A DNA stretch of 64,000 bases, from NCBI GenBank assembly GCA_965240325.2, contig OZ251236.1, forward strand, positions 496,001 to 560,000, read 5' to 3'. The notes beneath the pieces were generated by a model. The model was not told where the DNA came from. It made no database searches and saw only the letters and a program-made list of their open reading frames with translations. This DNA is from Rebecca billardiae RCC1528. Its lineage: Eukaryota > Protista > Haptophyta. The position numbers were made by a program, and so were the translations under genes. Positions 46,801-58,800 of the stretch are shown piece by piece (the first letter of the stretch is position 1; each line of letters opens with the position of its first letter).

Positions 46801-49800
46801 TTGGTGGCAGGCTCGGCGGTGGCGACGGTGGTGGTGACGGTGGTGGTGGCGCTGGTGGCGGCGACGGCGGCGGGCTCTGCGGCGGGCTCGGCGGTGGCGA
46901 CGGTGGCATGGGGCTCGGCGGCGGGCTCCGCGGTGGCGAAGGCGGCGGCGAGGGCGGTGACGAAGGTGGCGGAGGCGAGGGCGGTGGGCTCGGAGGCGGC
47001 AGGCTCGGCGGCGGGCTCGGTGGCGGCGGGCTCGGAGGTGGCGACGGCGGCGGCGGCGATGGCGGAGGCGACGGCGGTGGTGATGACGGTGGCGGTGACG
47101 GTGGTGGATTTGGTGGCAGGCTCGGCGGTGGCGACGGTGGTGGTGACGGTGGTGGTGGCGCTGGTGGCGGCGACGGCGGCGGTGACGGCGGTGGGCTCGG
47201 TGGCGATGACGGCGGAGGCGGCGGGCTCGGCGGCGGGCTCGGCGGCGGGCTCGGCGGGGGGCTCGGCGGTGGCGACGGTGGCTTGGGGCTCGGCGGCGGG
47301 CTCGGCGGTGGCGAAGGCGGCGGCGAGGGCGGTGACGAAGGTGGCGGCGGCGACGGCGGTGGGCTCGGAGGCGGCAGGCTCGGCGGCGGGCTCGGTGGCG
47401 GCGGGCTCGGAGGTGGCGACGACGGCGGCGGCGATGGCGGAGGCGACGGCGGTGGTGATGACGGTGGCGGTGACGGTGGTGGATTTGGTGGCAGGCTCGG
47501 CGGTGGCGACGGTGGTGGTGACGGTGGTGGTGGCGCTGGTGGCGGCGACGGCGGCGGTGACGGCGGCGGGCTCGGTGGTGGCGGTGACGGCGGAGGCGGT
47601 GGGCTCGGCGGGGGGCTCGGCGGCGGGCTCGGCGGGGGGCTCGGCGGTGGCGACGGTGGCTTTGGGCTCGGCGGCGGGCTCGGCGGTGGCGAAGGCGGCA
47701 GCGGCGAGGGCGGTGGGCTCGGAGGCGGCAGGCTCGGCGGCGGGCTCGGTGGCGGCGGGCGCGGAGGTGGCGACGGCGGCGGCGGCGATGGCGGAGGCGA
47801 CGGCGGTGGTGGTGACGGTGGCGGTGACGGTGGCGGATGCGGCGGCAGGCTCGGCGGTGGCGACGGTGGTGGTGACGGTGGTGGTGGCGCTGGTGGCGGC
47901 GACGGCGGCGGTGACGGCGGCGGGCTCGGTGGCGACGACGGCGGAGGCGGCGGGCTCGGCGGTGGCGAAGGCGGCGGCGAAGGCGGTGGCGAAGGCGGCA
48001 GCGGCGAGGGCGGTGGACTCGGAGGCGGCAGGCTCGGCGGCGGGCTCGGTGGCGGCGGGCTCGGAGGTGGCGACGGCGGCGGCGGCGATGGCGGAGGCGA
48101 CGGCAGTGGTGATGACGGTGGCGGTGACGGTGGTGGATTTGGTGGCAGGCTCGGCGGTGGCGACGGTGGTGGTGACGGTGGTGGTGGCGCTGGTGGCGGC
48201 GACGGCGGCGGTGACGGCGGCGGGCTCGGTGGTGGCGGTGACGGCGGAGGCGGTGGGCTCGGCGGGGGGCTCGGCGGCGGGCTCGGCGGGGGGCTCGGCG
48301 GTTGTGACGGTGGCTTTGGGCTCGGCGGCGGGCTCGGCGGTGGCGAAGGCGGCGGCGAAGGCGGTGGCGAAGGTGGCCGCGGCGAGGGCGGTGGGCTCGG
48401 TGGCGGCGGGCTCGGAGGTGGCGACGGCGGCGGCGGCGATGGCGGAGGCGACGGCGGTGGTGATGACGGTGGCGGTGACGGTGGTGGATTTGGTGGCAGG
48501 CTCGGCGGTGGCGACGGTGGTGGTGACGGTGGTGGTGGCGCTGGTGGCGGCGATGGCGGCGGTGACGGCGGCGGGCTCGGTGGTGGCGGTGACGGCGGAG
48601 GCGGTGGGCTCGGCGGGGGGCTCGGCGGTGGGCTCGGCGGGGGGCTCGGCGGCGGCGACGGTGGCTTTGGGCTCGGCGGCGGGCTCGGCGGTGGCGAAGG
48701 TGGCGGCGAGGGCGGTGGCGAAGGTGGCGGCAGCGAGGGCGGTGGGCTCGGAGGTGGCAGGCTCGGTGGCGGGCTCGGTGGCGGCGGGCGCGGAGGTGGC
48801 GACGGCGGCGGCGGCGATGGCGGAGGCGACGGCGGTGGTGGTGACGGAGGGGGTGAAAGCGATCGCGTGATGGTGAGGTTGCTCACGCGATTGGGCTCGT
48901 TGGGTTGCGTCATGCCGCTCCGGCTGAGCCCGCCTAGGTACACCCTCACATCCGAGAATGCAGCGCGCACGCCGCCGTTCGCGTATGTGTGCTCGCAAGC
49001 TGTCGACGTGCTGTTTGCGCTGTCCGAAAGCTCGACACGAATGGTGGATAGGGAGAGAGTGGCTGTGATGTGAATCGGCATGCCCGGCGCGGGAATGTCA
49101 AAGACGCCGCAGCCGTCGTTGCTTGCGCCGGAGTGGTCCGTTCTCACGTAGAGGCCGTCAGTGAACCCAAAGGCGACGTACAGCACACGGTCGCCATATG
49201 AGCAGCAGCCGCCGCCGGTGACGGTGAGGTGGAGAACGTCGCGCCACCCGCCGTCGTAAACGTTTGCAAGCGGCTCGAGCGACAGGCGAACGGTGAATTC
49301 CTCCGGCACGTCGATCGTGGCGATGTGGTTGTTCAATCCAGGCTGGACGGGCCCCGCGAGCTCGAGCAGCACGCCCGGCGTCAACGGCTGCGCCGGAGGG
49401 TCGACGAGCTCGCACACGTAGCCGTACGTATTCGTGCACGGGTGATTTGTGGCCCACTGCGTGCCGCCGCGAAGGGGCGGGTCAATCAGCCGCACGCAAT
49501 CGCCGACATGAGTGTTACGGTCTGGATACCACTCCGTGTACGCGAGCGCCTCGCCACTCACTGCGAGATAGTCGTCAGTTGAGGTGATGTCGAAGACGCC
49601 TATCCACGGCTGGCTCATCGAGATCAAGTCCAGGTGGTAGTACCAGTACTGGAGCTCGATTGCGCTCAGTGGTACGGCCAGTCTGCCGACCAGGCCAGCT
49701 GCGATGCCCAGCGCGACGCAAGCCTCCTGCGCCTGCGGGTGGCAGTCGTGGGGCATCCGCCATCGGCGGGCGCGCGCACGCGTGGCAGGCGGCGAGGGGG

Positions 49801-52800
49801 GATGCATATGAGCGTGGACACTTCTCGCGTACGAGATTATGACGGGGATGCATGGTGGTGGGGGAGGCGCAAGTCGTCGTGTCCATCTCACAGAAGGGGG
49901 TGCGCACGCGCGCGCACACACCGCAGTCCCTGAAAGTGATGCAGAGAAGCCCATGAAGCACTTCTCGACGGCGCCACCTGTCCACACGACGTTGCCGGCA
50001 GTGCCCGGTGTGCACGCGGTGCCCACGGGCGTGGACGGCGGCGGTGGCGGCGCGCTGGCCGACAGCTCGCAGATGTACGCCGCCAGGATGCTGAGGCATC
50101 CCCCATCACCCCACGTGTCGCCAAACCAGAAGATCCCGTCGAAGTAGGCGCAGTCCTGGTTGCCGCCGGAGTTGTTCGGCTGCCCAGTCCGCCATGGGTA
50201 GAAGCCGGCCAGCTTGGAGTCGCTGCCGCGCACAAACACGTTCTCCGCCTGCGAGTCGCTCGGCGCGACCCACGCGTTAGCCACACCCGTCAAGTTGAGG
50301 TGGTACAGCAAGTACTGCACCTCGCGCTCGCTGCCGGGCAGAAAGAGATGGCCCGACAGCCCGGCTGACGCGTTGCCCAACGCAGCACAGCCTGCAGCCG
50401 CCTGCGCGTGCGTCGCGCTGGTCTTGAAGCCAACGAAGCACTTGTCCACGGCGCCGCCCGTCCACACGGCAGCCCCCATGTCGCCAACGGAGCACGCGCG
50501 GCCCAGCGCAGTCGGCGATGGCGGCGGTGGTGGAGCGACGAGCTCGCACACGTAGCTGGACACCAGCGCGCACACATGATGCGTGTAAATGCCGTCGGAC
50601 GTGCGCATCTGCACGCAGTACGGCGTGCCAGACGCATCTGGATACCCGTTTTGGCGCGGGCCGGCCAGCCAGTTGTGCAGTCCCACTGGCTGACCATCGG
50701 CGCGCGCCCACTCGCCCCACGTAGACACAATGGGAGCTCCTTCCGTCTGGTCCTTCATGCCGATCCATGGGCCGTCGGCTGCCGCCATGCCGAGTGAGCT
50801 CGTGTTGAGCTGCGTGAGCGCGAACGCAATCTCGCCGACGCTCAGCGGCGTCAGAAGTCGTCCGATGTACGCGCCCTCCGTCGCAGTCCCCAGCGACTCG
50901 CACGCAGCTTGCGCCTGCGCGCGCGCGCGGGCGCAGCAGGCAGACGACGAGCGCGCGCGCGGCGCAACACGCCGAGGCGGGGCACGGAGCGCAGGGCGGT
51001 GAGCGCAGCGCAGGCGAGGAGCATTCGCAGGCATGCGTGCGCGCGTACCGCCGCCCACGTGGTCGTCAGATTCGAGGTGAAGCCCATGATGCACTTGTCG
51101 ACCACGCCTGAGGTCCAAATGGCGTTGCCAGCGTCGCCCTGCCAGCACGGCGGCACGAACTGGCCCGCCACTGCTGCGCTTGGCGCCGGGGGCGAGTGTG
51201 GCGGGCTCGGCGGCGGGCTCGGCGGTGGCGAAGGCGGCGGCGAGGGCGGTGGCGACGGTGGCGGCGGCGGGGCCGGTGGGCTCGGAGGTGGCAGGCTCGG
51301 CGGCGGGCTCGGTGGCGGCGGGCGCGGAGGTGGCGACGGCGGACGCGGCGGGCTCGGCGGCGGGCGCGGCGGTGGGCTCGGCGGGGGGCTCGGCGGTGAG
51401 CTCGGCGGGGGGCTCGGCGGAGGGGGTGAAAGCGATCGCGTGATGGTGAGGTTGCTCACGCGATTGGGCTCGTTGGGTTGCGTCATGCCGCTCCGGCTGA
51501 GCCCGCCTAGGTACACCCTCACATCCGAGAATGCAGCGCGCACGCCGCCGTTCGCGTATGTGTGCTCGCAAGCTGTCGACGTGCTGTTTGCGCTGTCCGA
51601 AAGCTCGACACGAATGGTGGATAGGGAGAGAGTGGCTGTGATGTGAATCGGCATGCCCGGCGCGGGAATGTCAAAGACGCCGCAGCCGTCGTCGCTTGCG
51701 CCGGAGTGGTCCGTTCTCACGTAGAGGCCGTCAGTGAACCCAAAGGCGACGTACAGCACACGGTCGCCATATGAGCAGCAGCCGCCGCCGGTGACGGTGA
51801 GGTGGAGAACGTCGCGCCACCCGCCGTCGTAAACGTTTGCAAGCGGCTCGAGCGACAGGCGAACGGTGAATTCCTCCGGCACGTCGATCGTGGCGATGTG
51901 GTTGTTCAATCCAGGCTGGACCGGCCCCGCGAGCTCGAGCAGCACGCCCGGCGTCAACGGCTGCGCCGGAGGGTCGACGAGCTCGCACACGTAGCCGTAC
52001 GTATTCGTGCACGGGTGATTTGTGGCCCACTGCGTGCCGCCGCGACGGGGCGGGTCAATCAGCCGCACGCAATCGCCGACATGAGTGTTACGGTTTGGAT
52101 ACCACTCCGTGTACGCGAGCGCCTCGCCACTCACTGCGAGATAGTCGTCAGTTGAGGTGATGTCGAAGACGCCTATCCACGGCTGGCTCATCGAGATCAA
52201 GTCCAGGTGGTAGTACCAGTACTGGAGCTCGATTGCGCTCAGTGGTACGGCCAGTCTGCCGACCAGGCCAGCTGCGATGCCCAGCGCGACGCAAGCCTCC
52301 TGCGCCTGCGGGTGGCAGTCGTGGGGCATCCGCCATCGGCGGGCGCGCGCACGCGTGGCAGGCGGCGAGGGGGGATGCATATGAGCGTGGACACTTCTCG
52401 CGTACGAGATTATGACGGGGATGCATGGTGGTGGGGGAGGCGCAAGTCGTCGTGTCCATCTCACAGAAGGGGGTGCGCACGCGCGCACACCGCAGTCCCT
52501 GAAAGTGATGCAGAGAAGCCCATGAAGCACTTCTCGACGGCGCCACCTGTCCACACGACGTTGCCGGCGGTGCCCGATGTGCACGCGGCGCCCACGGGCG
52601 TGGACGGCGGCGGTGGCGGCGCGCTGGCCGACAGCTCGCAGATGTACGCCGGCACGATGTTGAGGCATGGCCAATCACCCCACGTGTCGCCATACCAGAA
52701 GATCCCGTCGAAGCTGGCGCAGTCCTGGTTGCCTTGAAGGTTGTTCGGCTGCTCAATCCGCCACGGGTAGAAGCCGGCCAGCTTGGAGTCGCTGCCGCGC

Positions 52801-55800
52801 ACAAACACGTTCTCCGTCTGCGAGTCGCTCGGCGCGACCCACGCGTCAGCCACACCCGTCAAGTTGAGGTGGTACAGCAAGTACTGCACCTCGCGCTCGC
52901 TGCCGGGCAGAAAGAGATGGCCCGACAGCCCGGCTGACTCGTTGCCCAACGCAGCACAGCCTGCAGCCGCCTGCGCGTGCGTCGCGCTGGTCTTGAAGCC
53001 GACGAAGCACTTGTCCACGGCGCCGCCCGTCCACACGGCAGCCCCCATGTCGCCAACGGAGCACGCGCGGCCCAGCGCAGTCGGCGGTGGCGGCGGTGGT
53101 GGAGCGACGAGCTCGCACACGTAGCTGGACACCAGCGCGCACGCATGATGCGTGTAAATGCCGTCGGACGTGCGCATCTGCACGCAGTACGGCGTGCCAG
53201 ACGCATCTGGAAACCCGTTCTGGCGCGGGCCGGCCAGCCAGTTGTGCAGTCCCACTGGCTGACCATCGGCGCGCGCCCACTCGCCAAGCGTAAGCGCCGT
53301 GGGAGCTCCTTCCGTCTGGTCCTTCATGCCGATCCATGGGCCGTCGGCTGCCGCCATGCCGAGTGAGCTCGTGTTGAGCTGCGTGAGCGCGAACGCAATC
53401 TCGCCGACGCTCAGCGGCGTCAGAAGTCGTCCGATGTACGCGCCCTCCGTCGCAGTCCCCAGCGACTCGCACGCAGCTTGCGCCTGCGCGCGCGCGCGGG
53501 CGCAGCAGGCAGACGACGAGCGCGCGCGCGGCGCAACACGCCGAGGCGGGGCACGGAGCGCAGGGCGGTGAGCGCAGCGCAGGCGAGGAGCGTTCGCAGG
53601 CATGCGTGCGCGCGTACCGCCGCCCACGTGGTCGTCAGATTCGAGGTGAAGCCCATGATGCACTTGTCGACCACGCCTGAGGTCCAAATGGCGTTGCCAG
53701 CGTCGCCCTGCCAGCACGGCGGCACGAACTGGCCCGCCACTGCTGCGCTTGGCGCCGGGGGCGAGTGTGGCGGGCTCGGCGGCGGGCTCGGCGGTGGCGA
53801 AGGCGGCGGCGAGGGCGGTGGCGACGGTGGCGGCGGCGGGGCCGGTGGGCTCGGAGGTGGCAGGCTCGGCGGCGGGCTCGGTGGCGGCGGGCGCGGAGGT
53901 GGCGACGGCGGACGCGGCGGGCTCGGCGGCGGGCGCGGCGGTGGGCTCGGCGGGGGGCTCGGCGGTGAGCTCGGCGGGGGGCTCGGCGGAGGGGGTGAAA
54001 GCGATCGCGTGATGGTGAGGTTGCTCACGCGATTGGGCTCGTTGGGTTGCGTCATGCCGCTCCGGCTGAGCCCGCCTAGGTACACCCTCACATCCGAGAA
54101 TGCAGCGCGCACGCCGCCGTTCGCGTATGTGTGCTCGCAAGCTGTCGACGTGCTGTTTGCGCTGTCCGAAAGCTCGACACGAATGGTGGATAGGGAGAGA
54201 GTGGCTGTGATGTGAATCGGCATGCCCGGCGCGGGAATGTCAAAGACGCCGCAGCCGTCGTCGCTTGCGCCGGAGTGGTCCGTTCTCACGTAGAGGCCGT
54301 CAGTGAACCCAAAGGCGACGTACAGCACACGGTCGCCATATGAGCAGCAGCCGCCGCCGGTGACGGTGAGGTGGAGAACGTCGCGCCACCCGCCGTCGTA
54401 AACGTTTGCAAGCGGCTCGAGCGACAGGCGAACGGTGAATTCCTCCGGCACGTCGATCGTGGCGATGTGGTTGTTCAATCCAGGCTGGACCGGCCCCGCG
54501 AGCTCGAGCAGCACGCCCGGCGTCAACGGCTGCGCCGGAGGGTCGACGAGCTCGCACACGTAGCCGTACGTATTCGTGCACGGGTGATTTGTGGCCCACT
54601 GCGTGCCGCCGCGACGGGGCGGGTCAATCAGCCGCACGCAATCGCCGACATGAGTGTTACGGTTTGGATACCACTCCGTGTACGCGAGCGCCTCGCCACT
54701 CACTGCGAGATAGTCGTCAGTTGAGGTGATGTCGAAGACGCCTATCCACGGCTGGCTCATCGAGATCAAGTCCAGGTGGTAGTACCAGTACTGGAGCTCG
54801 ATTGCGCTCAGTGGTACGGCCAGTCTGCCGACCAGGCCAGCTGCGATGCCCAGCGCGACGCAAGCCTCCTGCGCCTGCGGGTGGCAGTCGTGGGGCATCC
54901 GCCATCGGCGGGCGCGCGCACGCGTGGCAGGCGGCGAGGGGGGATGCATATGAGCGTGGACACTTCTCGCGTACGAGATTATGACGGGGATGCATGGTGG
55001 TGGGGGAGGCGCAAGTCGTCGTGTCCATCTCACAGAAGGGGGTGCGCACGCGCGCACACCGCAGTCCCTGAAAGTGATGCAGAGAAGCCCATGAAGCACT
55101 TCTCGACGGCGCCACCTGTCCACACGACGTTGCCGGCGGTGCCCGATGTGCACGCGGCGCCCACGGGCGTGGACGGCGGCGGTGGCGGCGCGCTGGCCGA
55201 CAGCTCGCAGATGTACGCCGGCACGATGTTGAGGCATGGCCAATCACCCCACGTGTCGCCATACCAGAAGATCCCGTCGAAGCTGGCGCAGTCCTGGTTG
55301 CCTTGAAGGTTGTTCGGCTGCTCAATCCGCCACGGGTAGAAGCCGGCCAGCTTGGAGTCGCTGCCGCGCACAAACACGTTCTCCGTCTGCGAGTCGCTCG
55401 GCGCGACCCACGCGTCAGCCACACCCGTCAAGTTGAGGTGGTACAGCAAGTACTGCACCTCGCGCTCGCTGCCGGGCAGAAAGAGATGGCCCGACAGCCC
55501 GGCTGACGCGTTGCCCAACGCAGCACAGCCTGCAGCCGCCTGCGCGTGCGTCGCGCTGGTCTTGAAGCCGACGAAGCACTTGTCCACGGCGCCGCCCGTC
55601 CACACGGCAGCCCCCATGTCGCCAACGGAGCACGCGCGGCCCAGCGCAGTCGGCGGTGGCGGCGGTGGTGGAGCGACGAGCTCGCACACGTAGCTGGACA
55701 CCAGCGCGCACGCATGATGCGTGTAAATGCCGTCGGACGTGCGCATCTGCACGCAGTACGGCGTGCCAGACGCATCTGGAAACCCGTTCTGGCGCGGGCC

Positions 55801-58800
55801 GGCCAGCCAGTTGTGCAGTCCCACTGGCTGACCATCGGCGCGCGCCCACTCGCCAAGCGTAAGCGCCGTGGGAGCTCCTTCCGTCTGGTCCTTCATGCCG
55901 ATCCATGGGCCGTCGGCTGCCGCCATGCCGAGTGAGCTCGTGTTGAGCTGCGTGAGCGCGAACGCAATCTCGCCGACGCTCAGCGGCGTCAGAAGTCGTC
56001 CGATGTACGCGCCCTCCGTCGCAGTCCCCAGCGACTCGCACGCAGCTTGCGCCTGCGCGCGCGCGCGGGCGCAGCAGGCAGACGACGAGCGCGCGCGCGG
56101 CGCAACACGCCGAGGCGGGGCACGGAGCGCAGGGCGGTGAGCGCAGCGCAGGCGAGGAGCGTTCGCAGGCATGCGTGCGCGCGTACCGCCGCCCACGTGG
56201 TCGTCAGATTCGAGGTGAAGCCCATGATGCACTTGTCGACCACGCCTGAGGTCCAAATGGCGTTGCCAGCGTCGCCCTGCCAGCACGGCGGCACGAACTG
56301 GCCCGCCACTGCTGCGCTTGGCGCCGGGGGCGAGTGTGGCGGGCTCGGCGGCGGGCTCGGCGGTGGCGAAGGCGGCGGCGAGGGCGGTGGCGACGGTGGC
56401 GGCGGCGGGGCCGGTGGGCTCGGAGGTGGCAGGCTCGGCGGCGGGCTCGGTGGCGGCGGGCGCGGAGGTGGCGACGGCGGACGCGGCGGGCTCGGCGGCG
56501 GGCGCGGCGGTGGGCTCGGCGGGGGGCTCGGCGGTGAGCTCGGCGGGGGGCTCGGCGGAGGGGGTGAAAGCGATCGCGTGATGGTGAGGTTGCTCACGCG
56601 ATTGGGCTCGTTGGGTTGCGTCATGCCGCTCCGGCTGAGCCCGCCTAGGTACACCCTCACATCCGAGAATGCAGCGCGCACGCCGCCGTTCGCGTATGTG
56701 TGCTCGCAAGCTGTCGACGTGCTGTTTGCGCTGTCCGAAAGCTCGACACGAATGGTGGATAGGGAGAGAGTGGCTGTGATGTGAATCGGCATGCCCGGCG
56801 CGGGAATGTCAAAGACGCCGCAGCCGTCGTCGCTTGCGCCGGAGTGGTCCGTTCTCACGTAGAGGCCGTCAGTGAACCCAAAGGCGACGTACAGCACACG
56901 GTCGCCATATGAGCAGCAGCCGCCGCCGGTGACGGTGAGGTGGAGAACGTCGCGCCACCCGCCGTCGTAAACGTTTGCAAGCGGCTCGAGCGACAGGCGA
57001 ACGGTGAATTCCTCCGGCACGTCGATCGTGGCGATGTGGTTGTTCAATCCAGGCTGGACCGGCCCCGCGAGCTCGAGCAGCACGCCCGGCGTCAACGGCT
57101 GCGCCGGAGGGTCGACGAGCTCGCACACGTAGCCGTACGTATTCGTGCACGGGTGATTTGTGGCCCACTGCGTGCCGCCGCGACGGGGCGGGTCAATCAG
57201 CCGCACGCAATCGCCGACATGAGTGTTACGGTTTGGATACCACTCCGTGTACGCGAGCGCCTCGCCACTCACTGCGAGATAGTCGTCAGTTGAGGTGATG
57301 TCGAAGACGCCTATCCACGGCTGGCTCATCGAGATCAAGTCCAGGTGGTAGTACCAGTACTGGAGCTCGATTGCGCTCAGTGGTACGGCCAGTCTGCCGA
57401 CCAGGCCAGCAGCGATGCCCAGCGCGACGCAAGCCTCCTGCGCCTGCGGGTGGCAGTCGTGGGGCATCCGCCATCGGCGGGCGCGCGCACGCGTGGCAGG
57501 CGGCGAGGGGGGATGCATATGAGCGTGGACACTTCTCGCGTACGAGATGTTGAGGACGCATGGTGGTGGGGGAGGCGCAAGTCGTCGTGTCCATCTCACA
57601 GAAGGGGGTGCGCACGCGCGCACACCGCAGTCCCTGAAAGTGATGCAGAGAAGCCCATGAAGCACTTCTCGACGGCGCCACCTGTCCACACGACGTTGCC
57701 GGCGGTGCCCGATGTGCACGCGGCGCCCACGGGCGTGGACGGCGGCGGTGGCGGCGCGCTGGCCGACAGCTCGCAGATGTACGCCGGCACGATGTTGAGG
57801 CATGGCCAATCACCCCACGTGTCGCCATACCAGAAGATCCCGTCGAAGCTGGCGCAGTCCTGGTTGCCTTGAAGGTTGTTCGGCTGCTCAATCCGCCACG
57901 GGTAGAAGCCGGCCAGCTTGGAGTCGCTGCCGCGCACAAACACGTTCTCCGTCTGCGAGTCGCTCGGCGCGACCCACGCGTCAGCCACACCCGTCAAGTT
58001 GAGGTGGTACAGCAAGTACTGCACCTCGCGCTCGCTGCCGGGCAGAAAGAGATGGCCCGACAGCCCGGCTGACGCGTTGCCCAACGCAGCACAGCCTGCA
58101 GCCGCCTGCGCGTGCGTCGCGCTGGTCTTGAAGCCGACGAAGCACTTGTCCACGGCGCCGCCCGTCCACACGGCAGCCCCCATGTCGCCAACGGAGCACG
58201 CGCGGCCCAGCGCAGTCGGCGGTGGCGGCGGTGGTGGAGCGACGAGCTCGCACACGTAGCTGGACACCAGCGCGCACGCATGATGCGTGTAAATGCCGTC
58301 GGACGTGCGCATCTGCACGCAGTACGGCGTGCCAGACGCATCTGGAAACCCGTTCTGGCGCGGGCCGGCCAGCCAGTTGTGCAGTCCCACTGGCTGACCA
58401 TCGGCGCGCGCCCACTCGCCAAGCGTAAGCGCCGTGGGAGCTCCTTCCGTCTGGTCCTTCATGCCGATCCATGGGCCGTCGGCTGCCGCCATGCCGAGTG
58501 AGCTCGTGTTGAGCTGCGTGAGCGCGAACGCAATCTCGCCGACGCTCAGCGGCGTCAGAAGTCGTCCGATGTACGCGCCCTCCGTCGCAGTCCCCAGCGA
58601 CTCGCACGCAGCTTGCGCCTGCGCGCGCGCGCGGGCGCAGCAGGCAGACGACGAGCGCGCGCGCGGCGCAACACGCCGAGGCGGGGCACGGAGCGCAGGG
58701 CGGTGAGCGCAGCGCAGGCGAGGAGCGTTCGCAGGCATGCGTGCGCGCGTACCGCCGCCCACGTGGTCGTCAGATTCGAGGTGAAGCCCATGATGCACTT

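Noticed and set aside
45021-49073. 1350-aa Gly-rich, 1214-aa and 1267-aa Ala/Thr-rich ORFs
   Set aside because: Antisense or alternative-frame shadows of the SPPP coding repeat; only the SPPP frame is continuous with real domains on both sides.
50915-51571. N-terminal ~220 aa of the 4565-aa ORF, and the repeated 559-aa and 607-aa ORFs as separate genes
   Set aside because: Their starts are out-of-frame read-through of exon and intron sequence; splicing joins them into one protein.
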